The notes beneath the pieces were generated by a model. The model did not search any database. It saw only the letters and a program-made list of their open reading frames with translations, and had not been told where the DNA came from. From an uncultured Gemmatimonadaceae bacterium (lineage in GTDB: Bacteria; Gemmatimonadota; Gemmatimonadetes; Gemmatimonadales; Gemmatimonadaceae): a DNA stretch of 64,000 bases. The translations under genes and the position numbers were made by a program. Below are positions 33,624 to 43,445 of this stretch, piece after piece. The stretch spans positions 96,001 to 160,000 of the forward strand of contig CAWJMB010000003.1 in NCBI GenBank assembly GCA_963843845.1. Reading direction: 5' to 3'. Position 1 is the first letter of the stretch. Every line of letters begins with the position of its first letter.

Positions 33624-34772
33624 TCAGGCACGTGTGATCTCCGTCGTCGCGCCACGCCGCAGCTCGACCACCGCGACTTCGGGCGGCGTCCCGAGGCGGA
33701 ACGGAATTCCCCAGAAGTTGGAGCCGGGGTGGACGTAGAGCGCGGCGTCGCCGTCGACGTAGCCGCCCATCGGATGCCTGTTGAACGGCGACGCGAGGCT
33801 CCAGCCGAGCCGCGGGATCGCGAGCTGTCCCCAGTGCGTGTGGCCGCTCAGCGTGAGCCGAACGCCGCGCCGCGCGAGCGACGGCCAGAGCACGGGGTTG
33901 TGGGCGAGCGCGATGACGAACGCGTTCGCCGGCACGCCATCGAACGCCTCGTCGAGCTCGGGTCCGCCGAACGCCGTGCCGCGCCGCCCTCCTGCCGGGT
34001 CGCCGGTTCCCAGCAGCACGAGCCGCGCGCCGTCGCGCTCGATGGGCCGCCACGCGTTCACGAGCACCGTGAGTGGCAGCGCCTCGAGTCGCTCGCGGAC
34101 CGCCGGCCAGCCGGCGTACACGTCGTGATTCCCGGGAACGGCGAAGGTGCCGAACGGCGCCGAGAGCGCGCCGAGTGCGCGCGCGTAGCACGGAACGTCG
34201 CCGGCGTGATCGTCGACGAGATCGCCGGTGACGACGATCAGGTCGGGGCGCGCCGCCGCGGCGAGCGCCGCGATGCGCGCGAGGTGCCGGCGCGACGTCT
34301 GCGGCCCGACGTGCGTGTCCGAGATCTGCACGATGCGCAGTCCGTCGAACGCCGGCGGCAGGTCGGGCAGTCGCACGGTCACGTGGGTGCGCGTGAGCCG
34401 CCGCGAGCCGAAGAACCCGAGCAGCGCGAACACGACGTACAGCACCGCCACGACCGCGAGCGACCAGCGCCCGACACGTCCCGCGCGCCCCACGACGGCG
34501 CCGCCGATGCCGCCGAGCAGCCCGGCGATCGCGAGCAGCGGCAGCGCGAGCTGCGCGTAGACGAACGGCCGCAGCACGAGCAGCCGCGACAGCGCGCCCG
34601 GCGTCCGCCCGCCGCCGCGGCCGTGCACGATGACGGCGATCGGCGCGGTCGTGAGCGCGACGAGTCCGAGCACGCCGAGCCACCCGCCGACGATGACCGG
34701 CGCGAGCAGCGTCCCGACGATGCTCCACCAGAGCGCGAGCCAGAGCGCGACGAACCACAGGAACCTCGGCAT
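33624..34772 (-). CDS. Membrane-anchored metallophosphoesterase (YkuE-like)
   Basis: QISDTH.G, TGDLVD, PGNHD, LAHNP, LSGHTHWGQ, G.PPEV; N-terminal TM helices. Confidence 0.93.
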   Translation of the reverse strand: MPRFLWFVALWLALWWSIVGTLLAPVIVGGWLGVLGLVALTTAPIAVIVHGRGGGRTPGALSRLLVLRPFVYAQLALPLLAIAGLLGGIGGAVVGRAGRVGRWSLAVVAVLYVVFALLGFFGSRRLTRTHVTVRLPDLPPAFDGLRIVQISDTHVGPQTSRRHLARIAALAAAARPDLIVVTGDLVDDHAGDVPCYARALGALSAPFGTFAVPGNHDVYAGWPAVRERLEALPLTVLVNAWRPIERDGARLVLLGTGDPAGGRRGTAFGGPELDEAFDGVPANAFVIALAHNPVLWPSLARRGVRLTLSGHTHWGQLAIPRLGWSLASPFNRHPMGGYVDGDAALYVHPGSNFWGIPFRLGTPPEVAVVELRRGATTEITRA

Positions 34773-34808
34773 GCCGCATCATAACGGCGTCGCGGCTACA
34801 CTCCGGGG

Positions 34809-35592
34809 ATGACCGAGGCTCGAACGCCGCCCGCCGCGCTCGCCGCGCGCGACGTCGCCCACGCGTATGGCGACGGCCCCGGCGCGGAGTCCGCGCTCGA
34901 CGGCGTGACGCTGCACGTCGCCGGCGGCACCGCGTGCGCGCTCGTCGGCGAGAGCGGTTCGGGAAAGACGACGCTGCTCCGCTGCTTCAACCGCATGGTC
35001 GAGCCGGCGCGTGGCACGATCGCGGTCGGCGGCGTCGACGTGCGCGACACGCCGGCCGTCGCGCTCCGCCGCCGCGTCGGGTACGTGCCGCAGCACGGCG
35101 GGCTGTTGCCGCACTGGACGGTCGCCCGCAACGTCGCGCTCGTGCCGACGCTGCTCGCGCTGCCGAACGCGCGCGAGCTCGCGGCCGACGCCCTGGCGCT
35201 GGTCGGGCTCCCGGTCGAGCGCTTCGGCGCGCGCTTTCCGCACGCGCTCTCCGGCGGGCAGCGACAGCGCGTCGCGCTCGCCCGCGCGCTCGCCGCGCGT
35301 CCCGGCGTGATTCTGCTCGACGAGCCGTTCGGCGCGCTCGACGCGATCACGCGCGGCCGACCTGCAGTCCGCGTTCGCCGACGTGCGGCGCTCGGTCGGC
35401 GTGACGACGCTGCTCGTGACGCACGACCTCGCGGAGGCGGCGCGGCTCGCCGACACGGTGGCGGTCATGCGCGCCGGGCGCATCGAGCAGTGCGCGCCGT
35501 TCGCGACGCTGCGTGACGCGCCGGCGACCGAGTACGTCGCGACGCTGCTCGCGCGCGTGGACGCCGGCGCCCGGGCGCTGCGCTCGGCGTGA
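34809..35592 (+). CDS. Osmoprotectant ABC transporter ATP-binding protein (one frameshift near 35355)
   Basis: [59 protein letters not shown] continues in another frame. Confidence 0.9.
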
Positions 35593-35594
35593 CC

Positions 35595-37210
35595 ATGCGG
35601 CCGATACGGTGGAGGGCACTCGCGCTGGGTGCCGCGTCGAGTGCCGCGCTCGCCGTCGGCTCGGCGCGCTGCGCAGGCGCCGACCGCGACAGCGGGCTCA
35701 CGCGACCGACGCGCCGGTCGTCGTCGCGTCGAAGCCGTTCGGCGAGTCGTACCTGCTCTGCGAGCTGTTCGCGCAGCTGCTCGAGTCGCGCGGACTCGCG
35801 TGTCGTGCGGCGCCCCGGACTCGGCGCCACGGAGGTCGCGTTCGGCGCCGTCCGCCGCGAACGCGGTCGACGTCTACCCCGAATACACGGGCACCGGACT
35901 GCTCGCCGTGCTGCACGACTCGCTCGCCGGCGTCGCGGCGCGCGACCCGCGCGCCGTCTACGCGCACGTCGCGCGCGGCATCGGTGCGGCGCTGGGGCGT
36001 GCGGTGGCTCCGCCGCTCGGCTTCCAGAACACGTATGCCGATCGCCGTGCGGCGCGCGACGGCGGACAGCCTGCGACTCCGCACGCTGAGCGACCTCGCG
36101 CGCGCGGCGGCCGCGACTCCGCGCCGGGCTCACCGCCGATTTCATCGGCCGCCCCGACGGCCTGCCGGGACTCGCGCGGCGCCTACGGACGTGCGCTTCG
36201 CGCGACGTGCGCCCGCTCGCGCCGGCCGTGAAGTACCAGGCGCTCGCGACCGGGCGCGGTCGACGTGATCGACGGCTACTCGACCGACGGCCTGCTCGCG
36301 CGGTACGACCTCGTCGCGCTGGTCGACGACCGGCGCTTCTTCCCTCCGTACGAAGCCGCGGCCGTGCTCTCGCCGCGCGCGCGCGTCGCGGGCCGACGTC
36401 GTCGCGACGCTCGCGCTGCTGAGCGGCCGGCTCGACGAGGCGCGCGATGCGCGCGCTCAACCGCCGTGTCGAGGTCGACGGCGAGGACGTGGCCCGCGTC
36501 GCGGCGTCCGTGCTGCGACTCGCTCGGCCTCACGTCGCGAGCGGCCGACGCCACGCGTGACGTCGTCGCTCCCCGCCGCGTCGCTCCCGGTCCTATCTCT
36601 GGCAGCGCCGCGCGACGATCGCCGCGCTCACGCTGCGGCACCTCGCGCTCGTCGGTACGGCGCTCGCCCTCGCGGCGATCGTCGCGATTCCGCTCGGCCT
36701 CGTTCCTCGAGCGCGCGCGGCGCGCGGCCGGTCTCGTCCTCGGCACGTTAGGCGTCGTCGAGACGCTGCCGAGCATCGCGCTGCTCGCGTTCATGCTGCC
36801 GCTCCTCGGCGTCGGCGTGCTGCCGGCGCTCGTGGCGCTCTGGCTCTACGCGCTCTACCCGATCGCGCGCGGCACCTACACCGGCGTGCGCGACGCCGAC
36901 CCCGCGGCCGTCGAGGCGGCGGAAGCGTTAGGCATGACGGCGCGGCAGCGACTGCTGCAGGTACGGCTGCCGCTCGCCGCGCCGGTCGATCATGGCCGGC
37001 GTGCGCACCGCCGCCGTCATCACGGTCGGCGCGGCGACGCTGGCCGCGTTCATCGGCGCCGGCGGACTCGGCGAGCCGATCGTCGCGGGGCTCGCGCTCG
37101 CCGACGCGCGCATGGTACTGTCGGGCGCGTTGCCGGCGGCGGCGCTCGCGCTCGTGGTCGACGGCGTGCTGGCGCTCGTCGAGCGCGCGGTGCGCCCGCG
37201 GCACGTCTGA
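35595..37210 (+). CDS. Glycine betaine/osmoprotectant ABC substrate-binding + permease fusion (frameshifted)
   Basis: VVASKPF.ESY.L, D.YPEYTGT, GFQNTY, YSTDG, DDR.FFPPY (OpuAC-like); then TLPSIALL, EAA.ALGMT, ATLAAFIGAGGLG (permease). Confidence 0.85.
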
Positions 37211-37302
37211 GTCCGTCACCCGCGTCCCGTCGCGTCTCTCGCCGACGGCGCAGGAGCTCGCGATACTGCGCCGCGCGCGCTCACCCTCGTTGGAGCCGTC
37301 CG

Positions 37303-38298
37303 ATGATCCCGATGAACTACACGCAGTGGCTGGGCATCCGGAAAAAGGCGACCGGCGTGAACGACAAGGCGTCGGTCGAGACGTTCTTCACGAAGTACGT
37401 GCTCGCCGAGGTCGGCGCCGTCAAAGTCATACCCGGCGCGGCGCGCCCCGACGCGCTCGAGAAGGAGTGGTGGACGCTGCTCGCCGACATGGGCGAGGCA
37501 GGGAGCGTCTTCAAGACGGCGTACCAATCGAAGAACTGGGCGGCCGCAGGCACCGCGCTCGACGTGCTCGTCGCGAAGCTGAACGGCATGCGGTCGAAGA
37601 CGCTCGAGGGCGGGTTCCTCGACGACAAGTCGAAGGTCGCGCGCTACGACGCGGAGGGCGTCGCCGGCCGCGGGTGGAACGACGCGCTGCACGCCGTGGC
37701 CGGCATGGACGCGATGGTGATCGCGAGCAGGATCGCCGCGACGAAGACGCCCGCCATCGCAGGGGTGCCAGCGATTCCCACGGTGTGTTGGAGTGTGTTC
37801 AAGGCGGCCGCACCGCTGTCGCTGATCCGGCTCATTCGCGACATCCGGAACACGCACCGGCTCCAGATTGTCCTCGATACGCGGACGGACGGCCAGCGGC
37901 ACGTGAAGGCCGACAACCCGAAGCAGCCGGCGTCGCTGCGCAGCTGGCACATGAACGACCAGGGCGCGCTCCCGATCCGCACCGGGCTCCCCGCCGCGCC
38001 GCCGCCGCCCGCCCCCGCGCCCGCGGTGTCGCCGCTGCACGCGCACCTCACGGCCACCGCGACCGGCCCATTCAACAACAAGAAGGTCACGAGCCCGATC
38101 GGCTACGCCGAGTACACGGGCACCGGCATCATCCGGGACATGCACAACAGCAAGATCGTGCTCGACTACGTGAGCGGCGACGTGTACCTGACCGTGACTC
38201 ACTACCAGCGCTGGGACAAGCGCGGGAGCGAGTACAGGATCCGCGACAAGGAGTCGGGCGAGCGCAGCGCCTGGTTCTACATCGACTTCACGACCTGA
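37303..38298 (+). CDS. Putative toxin with C-terminal barnase/RNase Sa (N1/T1)-like ribonuclease domain
   Basis: 331 aa from the ATG after GGAG. HMNDQGALP, GYAEYT, SKIVL and VYLTVTHYQRW match the RNase Sa pattern F.NRE..LP / GYYHEYT / RRII / YYTGDHY..F. Confidence 0.7.
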   Translation: MIPMNYTQWLGIRKKATGVNDKASVETFFTKYVLAEVGAVKVIPGAARPDALEKEWWTLLADMGEAGSVFKTAYQSKNWAAAGTALDVLVAKLNGMRSKTLEGGFLDDKSKVARYDAEGVAGRGWNDALHAVAGMDAMVIASRIAATKTPAIAGVPAIPTVCWSVFKAAAPLSLIRLIRDIRNTHRLQIVLDTRTDGQRHVKADNPKQPASLRSWHMNDQGALPIRTGLPAAPPPPAPAPAVSPLHAHLTATATGPFNNKKVTSPIGYAEYTGTGIIRDMHNSKIVLDYVSGDVYLTVTHYQRWDKRGSEYRIRDKESGERSAWFYIDFTT

Positions 38299-40307
38299 TC
38301 GTCACCTTCATCGCGATCGTCCCCGGCCGCGCGGTACCACCAGCCGACGCCTAACAGAAAGACGCCGACGAGCAGGTAGCTCCCCACGCGCAGCCCGACC
38401 GACGCGAGCTGCGACGCCTGCGCGAATGCCTTGAACGCCGCGTACAGCGCGAGTGCGAGCCCCGCCTGCCGCGCCGCCGCGACGCGCCGCGCGCGGCCGA
38501 CCTGGATCGCGACGAGGCCGACCGCCGCGAAGTAGCCGACGAGCAGGAACGTCGCGACCTCGGCCGATCCGGCGCGCGCGAGCTCCTCGCGCCCCCACCC
38601 GACCGCCGCGGCGGCGGCAGTTGCAACGAGCGCGCTCCGCTCGCCGCGCGAGAGCGCCGGCACGTCCTCGCGCGGCGTCGAGCGACGGGCCGCCTGCCGC
38701 GCGCACCACGCGAGCGCCACCCACGCCGCCACCGCGCACGCCGCGCCGAGCGACTCGCGCGTGAGGAACGGCGTGTACGCGTACGCCGCGCGCTCGCTCA
38801 ACGTCACGTACGCCGCGGCGCTCGCCGCGACGGCGACGAGCAGGGGGGCGACCATCGCGACGCGGCGGCGAACGCGCGTGAACACCCCGGCGAACAGCGC
38901 CACGTGCGCCGCGAGCGCGACGACGAGCGCGACCGGCATCGTGCGCGACAGAATCGCGACGCCGAGCGCGCTCGCGAATCCGACGACGGTGACGTGCGCA
39001 CCGAGCAGCATGTCGTCGGGATCGCGTGTCGGCGTTGGGGCGGCCGCGCGTCGCGCGCGCAGCGCGTGCGAGACGAGTCCGGCGCTCAGCGCGAGCGCGG
39101 CCCACGCCGCGCAGACCGCCGCGCCGAGCGTCGACGCAGGCTCCGCGAGCGTCAGCAGCGCGGCGACGAGCGACAGCAGCGGTAGCAGCAACGCCGTCGC
39201 CTGCGCTCGGCGGTCGGGCGCCACGCGGAGCAGCGCCGCGTACGCGACGACCGTCGTCACGGCGGCGACGAGCGCCAGGCGCGGCACCCCGTTCGTCGCG
39301 TCGAGCGCGAGCGCCATCACGGCGCCGGTCGTCGTCGTCGCGTGCGCGATCGAGAGCCACCCCGCGGCCACGGGCCCGCCGGTGACGAGCGCGCCGACGG
39401 CTGCCGCGAGCGCGAACAGGGCCGGCACCTGCGCGTCGAGCGGGCGCGTCGCACTCGCCGCCGCGGCCAGCATCGAGCCGGCGTAGAGACTGCCGGCGAT
39501 GCCCAACATGCGTCCGGCGAACGTCCACCGTTCGGCGCGCGGGAGGGCGAGCGCGCCGCTCGTCAGCACGAGCCAGCCATAGATCGGCAGGACGAACGGG
39601 TGTCCGGGGCCCGCGCTCGTCACGAATGGCGCGACGAGCGCCCCACCCACGCCCACCACGAACAGCGGCTGGTCGCGCTCCCGCCATGCGAGCAGGGCGA
39701 GCGCGCCGGAGGCCGCCGCGGCGATGCCCAACGCGACGCTGGGCGCGATGAGACCGAGGTAGGGACCGGCGCCCCACGCGTCGACGTGCACGATCGCGAG
39801 TGCGAGCGCGAGCAGCACGTCGCCGTAGCGCCGTCCGCCTGCCGCGCTGCGCATACCTCCCGGGAGCGCATCCGCCCCCGCCGCTCGCGTCCGGATGCGC
39901 CACCCGAGCCCGCCGAGCGTGAGCGCCGCCGCGAGCCCGAGCCCGACCCGCGCTTCGGGGCCGATCGTGACGTACTCGATCGCCCACGTGAGCAGCGCGC
40001 CCACCCCGGCGAGGATGAGCAGCGCCGCGACGGCGACCGTGCCGTACCGCCCGACGAGCGCCTCGACGTCCCGCCGACCCCGCGGGATCGCGCCGAGCCC
40101 GAGGGCCTGCGCCTGACCCGTCAGCCACGCCCCCACCGCACGCGGCGGACGTGCGTGCGGCGACCGCGGCGCCTGCGGCGGCACCGGCGCGTGCGGCGAC
40201 CGCGGCCACGCGTCGGGTCCGTCGCGCTCGGCACGGAGCGCCGCGAGCTCGGCGCGGAGCTCGGCGACGGCCGCTTCGAGCCGGACGAGGCGATCGTCGT
40301 CAGTCAC
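38277..40307 (-). CDS. DUF2339 domain membrane protein
   Basis: N-terminal coiled coil RLEAAVAELRAELAALR, E...G.Y, many TM helices, C-terminal GL.L......K....S.L.....RV.SYL.VG.FLL.V.WWY. The GTG start at 40307 is inferred. Confidence 0.82.
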   Translation of the reverse strand: MTDDDRLVRLEAAVAELRAELAALRAERDGPDAWPRSPHAPVPPQAPRSPHARPPRAVGAWLTGQAQALGLGAIPRGRRDVEALVGRYGTVAVAALLILAGVGALLTWAIEYVTIGPEARVGLGLAAALTLGGLGWRIRTRAAGADALPGGMRSAAGGRRYGDVLLALALAIVHVDAWGAGPYLGLIAPSVALGIAAAASGALALLAWRERDQPLFVVGVGGALVAPFVTSAGPGHPFVLPIYGWLVLTSGALALPRAERWTFAGRMLGIAGSLYAGSMLAAAASATRPLDAQVPALFALAAAVGALVTGGPVAAGWLSIAHATTTTGAVMALALDATNGVPRLALVAAVTTVVAYAALLRVAPDRRAQATALLLPLLSLVAALLTLAEPASTLGAAVCAAWAALALSAGLVSHALRARRAAAPTPTRDPDDMLLGAHVTVVGFASALGVAILSRTMPVALVVALAAHVALFAGVFTRVRRRVAMVAPLLVAVAASAAAYVTLSERAAYAYTPFLTRESLGAACAVAAWVALAWCARQAARRSTPREDVPALSRGERSALVATAAAAAVGWGREELARAGSAEVATFLLVGYFAAVGLVAIQVGRARRVAAARQAGLALALYAAFKAFAQASQLASVGLRVGSYLLVGVFLLGVGWWYRAAGDDRDEGDDQVVKSM

Positions 40308-40552
40308 TCTGCCGTGCGACGAATGACCGGCTAGCCTGCGCTCGGAGACGTCTCCCGCCGCCCGGACTCGTCGAAGGCGTGATCCGCCTCGACGATCGTC
40401 TCCGTCCGTGTCGATCCCGGCATGGTGGTGTCTCCGAGGACGTGCATGCGGCGCGGTCGTGCGAAACGTATCGATCCGCGCGTCCGCCGGTCCGCGAGGC
40501 GCGTCGCCCGGGCGAGCGATCTCGCGGATCGATCCCCCGACCCGCGACGGCG

Positions 40553-41293
40553 TCAGCTCGTCCCATCGCGCTCGATCGGGTACGTCGCGCGCGGATCGGT
40601 CACCCCGCACGCGACCTCGCGATCCGCCGCGATCGCTCCGTCGCGGGCCGGCGCCGCCACCGGCGCCGCCAGTTGCGCCGCCGCCGGCGCCGCCGCCGCG
40701 GGTGCCGGTCGCCGGGCGCCGAAGGCGCGCAGCCCCCACTGCGTGACGGGGCCGATCGTGACCGCGTACAGCACGGTCCCCGCCCCCACCCGCGCGCCCA
40801 TGAGCCAGCCGAGCAGGAGGACGACGAGCTCGATACTCGTGCGGACCCGGCCGACCGACACCCCCGTGCGCTCGCTGACCTCGAGCATCAGCCCGTCGCG
40901 CGGCCCCTTGCCCAGCCCGGCGCCGATGTAGCACCCCGTCGCCGCCCCGATCAGCACGATGCCGGCGGCGTGGTACGGCAGCGCCGTCCACCCCGCAGCG
41001 CCCGGCACTGCGGGGAGGAACAGATCGATGAAGACGCCGACGAGCACCATGTTGGCGGCCGTGCCCGGCCCCGGCCGGAGGCCGGCGCACCACGTCGCGC
41101 CGACGATCGCGATGCCGACGCCGATGCTCGCGGTGCCGACGCTGACTCCGGCGATCCGCGCGAGCCCCACGTGAAAGGCGTCCCACGGCCCGAGCCCGAG
41201 GCCGCTCCGGATCATGAGCACCGCGGCGAACGCGTAGAGCGCGAGTCCTACCAGCAGCTGCGCCCAGCGCGCCGCGGCGAGCAGATCGATCAC
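40553..41293 (-). CDS. YczE/YitT family membrane protein
   Basis: GLGLGPWDAFH.G, PGPGT.AN...VG.FID, YIGAGLG.GPRDGLM, VGAGTV. Confidence 0.9.
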   Translation of the reverse strand: MIDLLAAARWAQLLVGLALYAFAAVLMIRSGLGLGPWDAFHVGLARIAGVSVGTASIGVGIAIVGATWCAGLRPGPGTAANMVLVGVFIDLFLPAVPGAAGWTALPYHAAGIVLIGAATGCYIGAGLGKGPRDGLMLEVSERTGVSVGRVRTSIELVVLLLGWLMGARVGAGTVLYAVTIGPVTQWGLRAFGARRPAPAAAAPAAAQLAAPVAAPARDGAIAADREVACGVTDPRATYPIERDGTS

Positions 41294-41485
41294 TGCCGGA
41301 TTCCTGCGTGCGACATCGGGATGTTCGAGGAGTCGGGCACGTCTCGTTCGCGCGGGGTCGACGTCCCGCATCGGAGGCGCGCGGACGTGTGCGGTCGGGC
41401 ACGACGGCCGGCAGGATGCCGACGACGGCGTGGATGCGCCAGTACGTTATCGTCCGACGACCGCCGAGACGTTCCCGCGAGGTGC

Positions 41486-41540
41486 GCACGAGACGCGCGC
41501 ACGAGACGCGCGCCCGAGACGCTCGCCCGAGACGCTCGCC
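41486..41540. repeat. 13-bp tandem repeat GC(A/C)CGAGACGC(G/T)C x4
   Basis: GCACGAGACGCGC x2 then GCCCGAGACGCTC x2, upstream of the cyclophilin gene. Confidence 0.85.
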
Positions 41541-41573
41541 GCTCGGCGTGTCACCGCTTCCTCCGTTCCGCGC

Positions 41574-42293
41574 ATGCGCCTCCGTCGCACGATCGTCCTC
41601 GTCGGCTTCCTCTCGACGTCGACCCACGCCGCACGTGCCCAGGGTCCGGCGCGTCGTCCGGCCGCCGTGCCGGCGTCGGCTGCCCCGGCGCCGGTCGCCC
41701 CCCCGGATCCGGCGCTGCACCGAGCGCTGTACTGGCCGACCGACGCCGTCTGGGCGACGCGTGCCCCGGACTCGGTCCTCGTCGACATCGCCACCACCCG
41801 CGGCCCGATCACGGTGCTGCTGCGTCGCGCGTGGGCGCCGCACGGAGTCGACCGCGTCTACAACCTCGCCCGCGCCGGCTACTTCGACGACTCGCGCGTC
41901 TACCGCGTCGTCAGCGGCTTCGTCGCGCAGTTCGGCCTCGCCGGCGACCCGGCGATCGCGGGCGTGTGGGCGCGGCAGACCCTGCCGCCGGACCGACGCC
42001 GTACGTCGAACGCCCGCGGTACCGTCAGCTTCGCCCAGGGCGCGCCCGACGACCGCACGACGAGCCTCTTCATCAACCTGAGCGACAACGCGCGGCTCGA
42101 TACGCTCGGCTTCGCGCCGATCGGGCGCGTCGTCCGGGGAATGGCGGTCGCCGACCGCCTCTACGCGGGCTACGGCGAGCGGCCGATGGCGGCCGCCACC
42201 ACGGCGCGGCTGTACCGGGAGGCGAACGCGTTCCTGGACGCGAAGTACCCGAAGCTCGATCGCATCCGGCGCGTCACCGTCCGCGTGCCGTGA
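41574..42293 (+). CDS. Cyclophilin-type peptidyl-prolyl isomerase (secreted)
   Basis: TTRG.I, WAP.G.DR.YNL, YRVV.GFV.QFG, N.RGTVSFA, RTT.LFINL.DN..LD..GFAP.G.VV.GM. Confidence 0.92.
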   Translation: MRLRRTIVLVGFLSTSTHAARAQGPARRPAAVPASAAPAPVAPPDPALHRALYWPTDAVWATRAPDSVLVDIATTRGPITVLLRRAWAPHGVDRVYNLARAGYFDDSRVYRVVSGFVAQFGLAGDPAIAGVWARQTLPPDRRRTSNARGTVSFAQGAPDDRTTSLFINLSDNARLDTLGFAPIGRVVRGMAVADRLYAGYGERPMAAATTARLYREANAFLDAKYPKLDRIRRVTVRVP

Positions 42294-42347
42294 GCCGATC
42301 CGCCCGGTCTCGGACCGCTCTCCCCGCGAGCCTCCAGTGAACGACGC

Positions 42348-42935
42348 ATGAGCGACCGCCTGTGGACCTCGGACGACCCCGACGTCTGGGCGGCGGCGCT
42401 CGCCCGCTACCCCGCGGTCGTCGGTCGGCAGGACGTCGCGCGCCTCGCCCCGCTCGACACGTGGTACCGCGACGAGCTCCCGGCCGCGATCGCTCGTCGC
42501 GAGCCCGCGCACGTCACGCACGAGGAGCTCGTGCGGGTCACCGAGTGGAAGATGGCGCGCGGCGTCTGGCGCGGGCGGAACCTCGCGCTCGTCCGAGGCA
42601 ACGCGCCCGACCGGGTCGTCGCGGTGAGCACCGGCGCGCTCGCCCGCGTCCCCGATCCGCGCGCTCCGATCGCGACGCTCGCGGAGCTCGACGGCGTCGG
42701 CCCGGCGACCGCGTCGGCGGTGGCCGCGGCGACGGCGCCCGAGGTCTACCCGTTCTTCGACGAGCTGGTCGCCGCGCAGGCGCCGGGCCTCGGCGCGGTG
42801 GCGTTCACCCTGGGCTACTACCTGCGCTACGCGACGGCGCTCCGCCAGCGCGCCATACGACTCGGCGCTCCGTGGACGCCGGTCGGCGTCGAGCGCGCAC
42901 TCTGGGCACACGCCGGCGGCAAGGCCGGGGCCTGA
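42348..42935 (+). CDS. Helix-hairpin-helix DNA glycosylase-like protein
   Basis: ELV...EWKM.RG.WR, HhH motif LAELDGVGPATASAV, PFF.E, VERALW. Confidence 0.7.
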   Translation: MSDRLWTSDDPDVWAAALARYPAVVGRQDVARLAPLDTWYRDELPAAIARREPAHVTHEELVRVTEWKMARGVWRGRNLALVRGNAPDRVVAVSTGALARVPDPRAPIATLAELDGVGPATASAVAAATAPEVYPFFDELVAAQAPGLGAVAFTLGYYLRYATALRQRAIRLGAPWTPVGVERALWAHAGGKAGA

Positions 42936-43081
42936 GCGGATTCTCATCGCTCGCGCACCGACTCACCGCCGCCGGGGCTCGCACGCTGCACGCGACGCGC
43001 GGCCGCGGACATACTTCGACCACCCAGCGCCCGGGCACCCGGGCCGGCCTGTTGGCCCCTCGATCGGAAAGACGGAGACGG

Positions 43082-43399
43082 ATGCTCGAGATCTTGCGCA
43101 AGGTCGCGCTGGTAGAGGGCGTCACCACGCTCGCGCTGTTCCTGGTGGCGATGCCGCTCAAGTACCTCGCCGGCTGGCCGGCGCTCGTGCCGCCGGTCGG
43201 CTGGGCGCACGGCATCGCCTTCGTCGTCTACGTGGCGGTCATGTGCGTCGCCTTCGTCCGGCACCGCGTCGGCCCCCTCGGCTGGCTGCGCACGGGCGGC
43301 GCCGCGTTGGTCCCCTTCGGCACCTTTCTCAACGACGCCTGGCTGCGGCGCCTGCAGGCGCACACCGCGCGAGACACCCGACGTCCGCGTGCTGCCTGA
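43082..43399 (+). CDS. DUF3817 domain membrane protein
   Basis: R.VA..EG.T.L.LF..AMPLKY, G..HG..F..Y, A.VPFGTF. Confidence 0.9.
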   Translation: MLEILRKVALVEGVTTLALFLVAMPLKYLAGWPALVPPVGWAHGIAFVVYVAVMCVAFVRHRVGPLGWLRTGGAALVPFGTFLNDAWLRRLQAHTARDTRRPRAA

Positions 43400-43445
43400 C
43401 GACCCGCGTGCCGCCTGACGCGCCGCGACTCGGCTCCGGAGACGC

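Noticed and set aside
36265..38298. 677-aa ABC permease-RNase fusion
   Set aside because: Artefact of frameshifts. The permease ends at 37210 in another frame, and the toxin has its own RBS and ATG at 37303.
41486..41540. Tandem repeats (also 7371, 55826, 63161) as CRISPR arrays
   Set aside because: Units are 10-13 bp with no spacers, and there are no cas genes.
38277..42947. 1556-aa minus-strand ORF as one giant protein
   Set aside because: Only 38277-40307 (DUF2339) looks real; the rest is antisense or off-frame to the YczE, cyclophilin and HhH genes.
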